Shown in pieces: positions 57,511 to 64,000 of a stretch of DNA of 64,000 nucleotides. The stretch is from positions 6,438 to 70,437 of the forward strand of contig JAGOOG010000013.1 of the NCBI GenBank assembly GCA_017992605.1, given 5' to 3'. A model generated the notes under the pieces. The model did not search any database, was not told where the DNA came from, and saw nothing but the letters and a program-made list of their open reading frames with translations. A program made the position numbers and the translations under genes. Position 1 is the first letter of the stretch. Each line of letters opens with the position of its first letter. The DNA is from Deltaproteobacteria bacterium (lineage in GTDB: Bacteria; Desulfobacterota; Desulfomonilia; UBA1062).

Positions 57511-58065
57511 ATGGATATCCCGACCATCCTGCTCATTGCCGTGGGACTCGCCATGGACGCCTTCGCCGTATCCATCTCGTGCGGCATCTCCATGGTGAAG
57601 CTGAGGTTCCGCTCCGCCCTTCGCATCTCGCTTGCCTTCGGGTTGTTCCAGGCCGTCATGCCCGTCATCGGCTACCTGGCGGGGTTGAGCATCCGGGACC
57701 TGATCCAGAGCGTCGATCACTGGATAGCGTTCTCGCTGCTCGCTTTTATCGGCTGCAAGATGATCTACGAGTCTCTCTTCATGGACGGCAACGGGAAGAG
57801 GGTGGATGCCGATGACCTTATGACGCTGCTGTTCCTGTCCATAGCCACGAGCATCGACGCCCTGGCGGTCGGAATAAGCCTCTCCCTCCTGAAGGTGGAC
57901 ATCCTCTCCCCGGCGATCATCATAGGCGTTGTCACATTCCTGCTTTCCTATGCGGGAACGGTCATCGGGACCCGCGTGGGCCATCTCTTCGAGAGGAAGA
58001 TGGAGGTCGTCGGAGGGCTCATCCTCATCGGCATAGGCATCAAGATACTGTGCGAACATCTGTGA
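57511..58065 (+). CDS. mntP: Manganese efflux pump MntP
   Basis: MDIPTILLIAVGLAMDAFAVSISCG... duplicated DUF204 repeats. 184 aa. Confidence 0.85.
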   Translation: MDIPTILLIAVGLAMDAFAVSISCGISMVKLRFRSALRISLAFGLFQAVMPVIGYLAGLSIRDLIQSVDHWIAFSLLAFIGCKMIYESLFMDGNGKRVDADDLMTLLFLSIATSIDALAVGISLSLLKVDILSPAIIIGVVTFLLSYAGTVIGTRVGHLFERKMEVVGGLILIGIGIKILCEHL

Positions 58066-58072
58066 GGAAAGC

Positions 58073-58149
58073 TGGTCGGGAAGCGGGGATTTGAACCCCG
58101 GACCCCAGCGTCCCGAACGCTGTGCTCTACCAGGCTGAGCCACTTCCCG
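58073..58149 (-). tRNA. tRNA-Pro (anticodon CGG)
   Basis: CGGGAAGTGGCTCAGCCTGGTAGAGCACAGCGTTCGGGACGCTGG...CTTCCCGACCA has C1-G72. Anticodon loop UUCGGGA. Confidence 0.9.
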
Positions 58150-58197
58150 AAACCGACGACTATCTATAGAAAGAATGGTCTTCGAAGTCAAGAACCT

Positions 58198-58968
58198 TCA
58201 GCGTTTCTTGTGCTCGAAGGTGATGAACTCCTCCCGCATCACCCGATTGTCCATCTTGTTCCTGATCTCGACCGGATACTCTCCCCGTTCAAAGGCGAAC
58301 AGGTCCTTGCCGAGCCTGTCGAAGGGTACGGTGAACTCCACCTTGCAGAAGAGCTCGCTCCTGTCCCTGCCTGCCTGGAGCGCATCGTTCCTTCCGCCGA
58401 AGCTTATGACCAGAGGCCTGATGGGCTGGGCCCGCAGCATCATGGACATGCCGCCCATGTCGCCCCGGTCCTTGCCAGCATAGTAGTACACCCCGGGCCA
58501 CAACGAGACGAAGGGGATGTTCGGGATCGGTATGCCGAAGCTCAGATCCAGGCCGGGCACCGCCTCCTCGTTGTCGTCCTCGCCGGACACCGGCAGGTAG
58601 AGATTCATGTGCCCCGAGAAGTTCGGGTGGAACACCTCGATGCCCGTCCCTATCCTCTTGTGCGAGTTGTTCGAGGTGTAATCGACGAACAGGTTCCACC
58701 CCCCGATGACCTGACCGTTCATCATGGGCATCCTCCCGCCGACGCCCAGGTCGAGCCCTGGCTTTGAGCCACGCACGGTGAGCACGGGCTGGGCGAAGAT
58801 CGACATGCCCTCCACCTGCTCGATCAGTATGAAGGAATCCGCAAAGTAGCAGGGATTCGAATTATTCGATACCTTCAGCCCGCCGCCAGCCCAGACGAAA
58901 TCGAGGCCTGCCGCATGCGCCATGCCTGCCGTCAGGATCAGGACGACAACAGCAAGAAGTTTCTTCAT
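58198..58968 (-). CDS. Hypothetical secreted/outer-membrane-associated protein
   Basis: Signal peptide MKKLLAVVVLILTAGMAHA. Gly/aromatic-rich beta-strand-like composition. No confident family assignment. Confidence 0.5.
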   Translation of the reverse strand: MKKLLAVVVLILTAGMAHAAGLDFVWAGGGLKVSNNSNPCYFADSFILIEQVEGMSIFAQPVLTVRGSKPGLDLGVGGRMPMMNGQVIGGWNLFVDYTSNNSHKRIGTGIEVFHPNFSGHMNLYLPVSGEDDNEEAVPGLDLSFGIPIPNIPFVSLWPGVYYYAGKDRGDMGGMSMMLRAQPIRPLVISFGGRNDALQAGRDRSELFCKVEFTVPFDRLGKDLFAFERGEYPVEIRNKMDNRVMREEFITFEHKKR

Positions 58969-59017
58969 CGCAACACCTCCCGTTCGGTTCTTTGTCATGA
59001 TTATGTGAGCTTCCTGT

Positions 59018-60034
59018 TCAAGAATCCCAGAAATCCCTGATGCCCGCGCAGATGTCCTCGGGTCTCAGGATGGTCAGGGTTTCGCCGTGCAGCATTCCCA
59101 TGTAGTTGATCTGGCTCGTGTCGAAGGGGGGGATGTTCACCCGGGGACATATCCTCAGGTGCGGGGTGAAGAGACCGGTTCCCAGATGAAAATACAGGGA
59201 CATGTTCAGGCTCACCATGTTCAGTGAATCGATGTACCTCATCACCTTGAGGATGCCCTCGGCCATGTCGTCCAGGAGCCGCCCGCCGATGTCTGACGGA
59301 GAGGCGGCCCCGGAGACTATGCCCACGACGTCGAAAATCCCCATGGGGGCGAAGGCCACGACCCACGACATGGCGCCCGACGACCCGATCATCCGTTCCC
59401 CCTGTCTCTGCTCCTCCTCGACGAGGTCGGGCCAGTAGTCGCTCCCGTGTTCACTCCGGTAACGGCTCAGTGCGGGGACGGCGGCGGCATAATAGTTCGT
59501 GGGAGAACTGGAGGCGGCTATCTGGAGGTGGGGATGCACGATGGAACCGCCGGCCTGGGGCATGTAGTTCCAGTTCACCGACTGGAAGACCATGTCCGGC
59601 TGCCTGGCCGCAATGTCCTTGAGGTACTCGAGACAGCATGCGAGGGCATCGGTCATGATCGCGGGAGTGAACTCCCCCATGGAGACAAAATGCTGGTGCG
59701 TCATGATTGTCACCGCGCCGTTCTCGTCGTAGGGGTATGCATTGGGTACGCACAACGCCTCGCCCCGGGCATACCGCTCGCATTTCGCGAGGTCGGGATG
59801 GAACTTGGGAGTCACCTGCTCCACCATCCCCGGGCAGAAAGGACAGAACTGCCGGGAGCTCTCGATGAGACCGGCGAGGTCAGCCCGCTGGACCTCCCTT
59901 ACCGGAAAATCGAGGATCCTGCTGGAATGCCCGGTCAGCGGGTCATATCGGACCTCGGAGTAGCGCCTGACTTCCTCGAACCCCTGGGCAGGATCCAAAA
60001 AACGTGATGTTTTCAATATCTTAACGAATTCCAT
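59018..60034 (-). CDS. Galactose-1-phosphate uridylyltransferase-like (GalT/HIT superfamily) nucleotidyltransferase
   Basis: CPFCPG zinc motif and HPHLQ (HxHxQ) active site. 338 aa. Confidence 0.8.
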   Translation of the reverse strand: MEFVKILKTSRFLDPAQGFEEVRRYSEVRYDPLTGHSSRILDFPVREVQRADLAGLIESSRQFCPFCPGMVEQVTPKFHPDLAKCERYARGEALCVPNAYPYDENGAVTIMTHQHFVSMGEFTPAIMTDALACCLEYLKDIAARQPDMVFQSVNWNYMPQAGGSIVHPHLQIAASSSPTNYYAAAVPALSRYRSEHGSDYWPDLVEEEQRQGERMIGSSGAMSWVVAFAPMGIFDVVGIVSGAASPSDIGGRLLDDMAEGILKVMRYIDSLNMVSLNMSLYFHLGTGLFTPHLRICPRVNIPPFDTSQINYMGMLHGETLTILRPEDICAGIRDFWDS

Positions 60035-60187
60035 CGCCTATACAATTACACTATGGAGCCAGGGGGGTCAAGGAAAGAGGACGAACGAGCGCTGCATCCT
60101 TGCCTTCAGGGTCATCTCCCGGTATAATCCGCTGCCGGCATTGAGGTTTTCGGATATCTCAGGGAGAAAGAAGGTGGCAGGCCGCGC

Positions 60188-60832
60188 ATGAAGGATCCCC
60201 TCCTCGCACGCAGGACCATGGTCGACGAGCAGCTCGCTGCCCGTGGCATCAGGGATCGGCGCGTTCTGGACGCCTTCCTCGAGGTTCCCCGTCACAGGTT
60301 CGTCGAGGAGTACCTCAAGTACAAGGCCTACGACGACTATCCCCTTTCCATCGGTTATGGCCAGACCATATCACAGCCGTACATGGTGGCCATAATGACC
60401 GAGGCACTGGCCCCGAGTTCGCACGAGCGGATCCTCGAGATCGGCACCGGTTCGGGCTATCAGGCGGCCGTCCTGTCCCGGCTGTGCTCGACGGTCTATT
60501 CCATCGAGCGCATCAGCTCCCTGGCATCGCGTGCACGAAAGACCCTCGACGACCTCGGCTATTACAATATCCATATCCGCATCGGGGACGGCACCCTGGG
60601 TCTCCCCCAGGAAGCGCCCTTTGACGGCATCATCGTTACCGCCGGGGCCCCTCACGTGCCCGAAGCGCTCATCGAACAGCTCGGAGATGACGGCAGGCTC
60701 CTCATTCCCGTGGGTGACCAGAGCATCCAGGACCTGAAACGGTACACGAAAACGAAAGAGGGCGTCCGCGAGGAATCGCTCGGGGGATGCAGGTTCGTGA
60801 AGCTCGTCGGGAAGAACGGGTGGGCCGACTAG
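60188..60832 (+). CDS. pcm: Protein-L-isoaspartate O-methyltransferase
   Basis: ...RILEIGTGSGYQAAVLS... SAM motif and PIMT family layout. 214 aa. Confidence 0.9.
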   Translation: MKDPLLARRTMVDEQLAARGIRDRRVLDAFLEVPRHRFVEEYLKYKAYDDYPLSIGYGQTISQPYMVAIMTEALAPSSHERILEIGTGSGYQAAVLSRLCSTVYSIERISSLASRARKTLDDLGYYNIHIRIGDGTLGLPQEAPFDGIIVTAGAPHVPEALIEQLGDDGRLLIPVGDQSIQDLKRYTKTKEGVREESLGGCRFVKLVGKNGWAD

Positions 60833-60835
60833 GGG

Positions 60836-61447
60836 CTATCCCTTCCCGTCCCACGTGCTGAAGTTCTCGAGGATCCTCAGCCCCGGTTCTCCGCTCTTTT
60901 CAGGGTGGAACTGGGTGGCGAAGACGTTGTTCCTGGCCACTGCCGAGGCGAAGTCCACGCCGTAGGTCGTCCGCGTCACCACGTCGGCATCGTCGGACGG
61001 GTCAGGGTAATACGAGTGGATGAAGTAGAACCAGTTCCGATCACCCACCCCGCGCAGAAGCGGGTGGGACCTGACCGGGCGAAGGGTGTTCCAGCCCATG
61101 TGCGGGATCTTCTCCCCCGTGTCCGGGAACCTTCTGACCGTCCCCGGGAAGATCCCCAGGCAGCTCGCCGCATCCTCATCGCTGGAATCGAAGATGATCT
61201 GGGTGCCGAGGCAGATGCCGAGAAAAGGTGTCCCCCGGTCCACTACCTCGTGGATGGTCCGGTCGAGGCCGGAGGCACGGACGGTCTCCATCGCCTTGCC
61301 CGCCGCCCCGACACCGGGGAAGATGACACGGTCAGCTGCAGCGATCGCCGAGGCATCAGCGGTGATGACACAGGAAAGGCAGAGGTGTCTCAGTGCCCTT
61401 TCCACGGATCGCAGATTTCCCGCACGATAATCGATGATGGCGATCAT
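60836..61447 (-). CDS. hisH: Imidazole glycerol phosphate synthase glutaminase subunit HisH (class-I GATase)
   Basis: MIAIIDYRAGNLRSV..., GICLGTQ catalytic Cys, ...QFHPEKS... His. No adjacent hisF or hisA. Confidence 0.88.
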   Translation of the reverse strand: MIAIIDYRAGNLRSVERALRHLCLSCVITADASAIAAADRVIFPGVGAAGKAMETVRASGLDRTIHEVVDRGTPFLGICLGTQIIFDSSDEDAASCLGIFPGTVRRFPDTGEKIPHMGWNTLRPVRSHPLLRGVGDRNWFYFIHSYYPDPSDDADVVTRTTYGVDFASAVARNNVFATQFHPEKSGEPGLRILENFSTWDGKG

Positions 61448-61478
61448 GGCGAATCAGCGCGGCACGGGCTTCGCGGCT

Positions 61479-61901
61479 CTACAGCGCGATCCACGCCCCC
61501 AGGTAGGCGGTCACGAGGCCCGCGAGAAGACCGATGTAACCGACCTTCACCCTCGTGGCCGCGTCCGTCAGCGGCGCAAGATACCCTGACAGCCTGTCGG
61601 GCTGCTGGGCCGACGGGTTCAACATGGGGCCGACCATGCGGACGGTGTCCAGGATCTTCGCAAAGGTTCCCTCCTTGACCATGAGGACGATGCAGCTCAG
61701 GATGATGACGATGTAGCCGTTCAGCATCATGAACGTGCCGAGGATGAACCCGGAGACCCCGATCTCTTTCTGGAGGTGGTCGGAGGGCATCTCAAGATGA
61801 ATGGGCGCCACGATCTCTTCATGACCGCCATCCCCGCACCCGGACACCACGAGGAAAACCATCGTCAGGACCACGAGAAGACCGGCTCTGCATATCTTCA
61901 C
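61479..61901 (-). CDS. Small 3-TM membrane lipoprotein, weak MotA/TolQ/ExbB-like C-terminus
   Basis: Lipobox LVVSGC. Three predicted TM helices. C-terminal ...VGYIGLLAGLVTAYLGAW loosely resembles the ExbB/TolQ GLLGTV region. Confidence 0.35.
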   Translation of the reverse strand: MKICRAGLLVVLTMVFLVVSGCGDGGHEEIVAPIHLEMPSDHLQKEIGVSGFILGTFMMLNGYIVIILSCIVLMVKEGTFAKILDTVRMVGPMLNPSAQQPDRLSGYLAPLTDAATRVKVGYIGLLAGLVTAYLGAWIAL

Positions 61902-62097
61902 GAAAAGGCCTCCGAATTCAATTTGTTCCGAACTATACCCGCACGGTCAACCGCGTGTCAACTCTCTTTCAGCCCGGGGACGTCTCCGGGTGAACCGTCC
62001 CTGCAATCTGTCGTAACGACCGGACATTCCCGACTCAAGTCAGGGGCCTCTTCATGACGATGATACAGGAAGACCATATCTTGAGGAGGGCATCCGC

Positions 62098-63474
62098 GTG
62101 GGCGAGTTCGACGATCTCATAGAGGAATTTGTGACTGAATCCAAGGAGCACATAGCCGACATCGAGGACGACCTCATCAAGATCGAATCCGGCAGGGAAC
62201 ACGTGGACCCCGAGGTCATCAACCGGGTGTTCCGGGCCGCCCATTCCATAAAGGGAAGTTCCAAGTTCCTCGACCTGATCAACATCGGCGACCTTGCCCA
62301 CCGCATGGAAGACGTGCTGAACCTCATCCGTTCCGGGAAACTGATCCCCTCGAGCGAGGTGGCAAGTTCCCTGCTCATGGCCGCCGACATGCTCAAGAGC
62401 ATGCTGGACGACGTCAGCGCCAGCAACGGCATGGACATCACCGAACCGCTGGCCGAGCTCCAGAAGATCCTCGACGGCCAGATCAATGCCCGGAAGAAGC
62501 CAGTTGATACAATGGAAGCAACGGCATCGAGCGATCCCCTGGCAGCCTTCGACATCGATCATGATTGCCTCAGGACCAGACTGTCGTCATCGCAGGTCTA
62601 TGTCCTCACCATCGATGCAGCCCACGGCGACATCGAGCACATGAAGTCCGAACTCAACAACCTCGGGGAAGTCCTCTCGCAGAAAACCATCGACGGCAGG
62701 CTCGTCACGCTCTTCTCCACCATCATGGAATCCGACATGATACCGCTTGCCATCGGTGTCTCCAAGGAATCCTTCGTCCAGGTGGATGAATCCATGCTCG
62801 GCCAGATGGCAAGAAAGCCATCTCCTGCAGCCAGGCCGGAACCTGCCCCAAGGCAGGCGAGAAAAGAACCTGCTAAGGCCGTACGGCCCGTGCCCAGATC
62901 GAACCCCCCGGTCAAGGCAAAGGACGAAGAAAGTGATGACGATTACCGCGAGGTCTCCTACGACGAGCCGGGTCCTAGGGAGATGATCGCTTCCCTCAAA
63001 GAGGAGGTCAAGGCAGCGCAGCAAGAGGAGAGCACATCGTTCATCACCTTCACCCTGGACAGCGAGGTCTATGCGGTGCCCATACAGACCATCGAGGAGA
63101 TCATCGGCCAGCAGGAAATCAGCCTCCTGCCGAACGTACCGAACTTCATCAAGGGTGTCATCAATCTGCGGGGAGAGCTTGTTCCCATCATGGACCTGAG
63201 GCTCAAGTTCGGCCTCTCGCCCAAGGAGTACACCCAGTTCACCGTCTTTCTCATCGTCAGGGTGGACGAGAGGCTCATGGGCATGGTGGTGGACAACGTC
63301 GCGGACGTCCTCGTTATCGATCCCTCAAAGGTCCAGAAAAGGCCGGCCTTTTCCGCGAAGATATCCACCGAGTTCATCAAGGGGGTATACAAGGACGCCC
63401 AGGAGGACATGGTTATCCTGGTGGATGTCCCGGCCCTCATAAAGCCCGAAGAGTGGAACGTGGGTTATATCTGA
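62098..63474 (+). CDS. HPt (CheA P1-like) - CheW-like fusion protein lacking kinase domain (CheA3-like)
   Basis: N-terminal FRAAHSIKGSS phospho-His motif of CheA P1. Pro/Lys-rich linker. C-terminal CheW domain (...VYAVPIQTIEEIIGQQEISLLPNVPNFIKGVINLRGELVPIMDLR...). No HATPase_c. GTG start 9 nt after GAGGAGG. Confidence 0.8.
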   Translation: MGEFDDLIEEFVTESKEHIADIEDDLIKIESGREHVDPEVINRVFRAAHSIKGSSKFLDLINIGDLAHRMEDVLNLIRSGKLIPSSEVASSLLMAADMLKSMLDDVSASNGMDITEPLAELQKILDGQINARKKPVDTMEATASSDPLAAFDIDHDCLRTRLSSSQVYVLTIDAAHGDIEHMKSELNNLGEVLSQKTIDGRLVTLFSTIMESDMIPLAIGVSKESFVQVDESMLGQMARKPSPAARPEPAPRQARKEPAKAVRPVPRSNPPVKAKDEESDDDYREVSYDEPGPREMIASLKEEVKAAQQEESTSFITFTLDSEVYAVPIQTIEEIIGQQEISLLPNVPNFIKGVINLRGELVPIMDLRLKFGLSPKEYTQFTVFLIVRVDERLMGMVVDNVADVLVIDPSKVQKRPAFSAKISTEFIKGVYKDAQEDMVILVDVPALIKPEEWNVGYI

Positions 63475-63481
63475 TCCCCCT

Positions 63482-63994
63482 TCAATCTGAAAGGAGCCGC
63501 TCCCCTTCCTTCCCGGGCGTCAGAAAGGTCTGGACCAGCAGCCCTGCCATGCCGAGGGTAATCCAGGTGTCAGCCATGTTGAAGGTAGGCCAACGGAACC
63601 TGCCGATGTGAAGGCTCAGAAAATCGACCACCTCACCGAAGATGAGCCTGTCCGTCAGGTTCCCGAGGGCCCCTGCCACGATGAGGCACAGGGTCGCCTT
63701 GAGCAGGCCCGAGTCTCCGGCCGTCTTCCAGAAGATGAGCAGAATGGCCCCGCAGGCGACGATGGTTATCAATCCGAAGAACGGGATCCTGTATGCCTCG
63801 GGAAGACCCTGGAGTATGCCGAAGGCCGCCCCGGTGTTGCGCGCGTGGATGATGTCGAAAAATCCCGGTATCACCGTGAACCCGCTTCCGATGTCCATCC
63901 GGGTATGGACAAGCCATTTGGTCCACTGGTCGATGACGTAGCAGGGTATGGCAAGAAACCCCATCCATGTAGCCAATGTCCTGAACCTCGTCAA
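63482..63994 (-). CDS. lspA: Lipoprotein signal peptidase (signal peptidase II)
   Basis: ...IIHARNTGAAFGIL... and ...FNMADTWITLG... conserved Asp regions. May extend beyond the window edge. Confidence 0.85.
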   Translation of the reverse strand: MTRFRTLATWMGFLAIPCYVIDQWTKWLVHTRMDIGSGFTVIPGFFDIIHARNTGAAFGILQGLPEAYRIPFFGLITIVACGAILLIFWKTAGDSGLLKATLCLIVAGALGNLTDRLIFGEVVDFLSLHIGRFRWPTFNMADTWITLGMAGLLVQTFLTPGKEGERLLSD

Positions 63995-64000
63995 GGCATC

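Overview
This window is high-GC chromosomal DNA from a Gram-negative bacterium, probably a deltaproteobacterium, and is almost entirely coding with frequent start/stop overlaps. It also carries three tRNAs, including a selenocysteine tRNA (selC).

Genes in order:
- Polar amino-acid ABC transporter (ATPase, binding protein, fused double permease).
- A sigma-54 promoter driving three tiny membrane ORFs that end in a strong terminator, then an orphan PTS mannose-family IID gene with ptsH and ptsI.
- smpB, tldD and sppA.
- A CheD-HDOD fusion protein.
- On the minus strand, TrpB2 with a small Cys-rich ORF.
- On the minus strand, surE-rnc-[radical SAM + HDOD histidine kinase + receiver/PAS histidine kinase]-era-der as one translationally coupled string.
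- A TonB-family protein, then selC (tRNA-Sec).
- A TetR-controlled beta-oxidation-like cluster: two acyl-CoA dehydrogenase paralogues, two SDRs, a crotonase, an SCP-x-type thiolase, a nitroreductase, a ferredoxin, a CoA ligase and a DUF374 protein.
- LysM-glycoside hydrolase, BKACE and a second TetR.
- Flagellar filament genes fliC-flaG-fliD.
- A Sel1-repeat protein and a DUF4139 protein.
- tRNA-Pro(GGG).
- A PBP transpeptidase.
- pheA-hisC-tyrA-aroA-cmk.
- pcnB-yacG.
- TetR, then groES-groEL with a CIRCE operator.
- mntP.
- tRNA-Pro(CGG).
- GalT-like protein, pcm and hisH.
- An HPt-CheW (CheA3-like) protein.
- lspA.

No transposases, integrases or CRISPR arrays were seen.

The most unusual content is the signalling architecture (CheD-HDOD, HDOD-kinase, HPt-CheW), two sensor kinases inserted between rnc and era, the sigma-54 micro-protein cassette ahead of an orphan IID-HPr-EI, and selC followed by an AT-rich boundary and a catabolic cluster.
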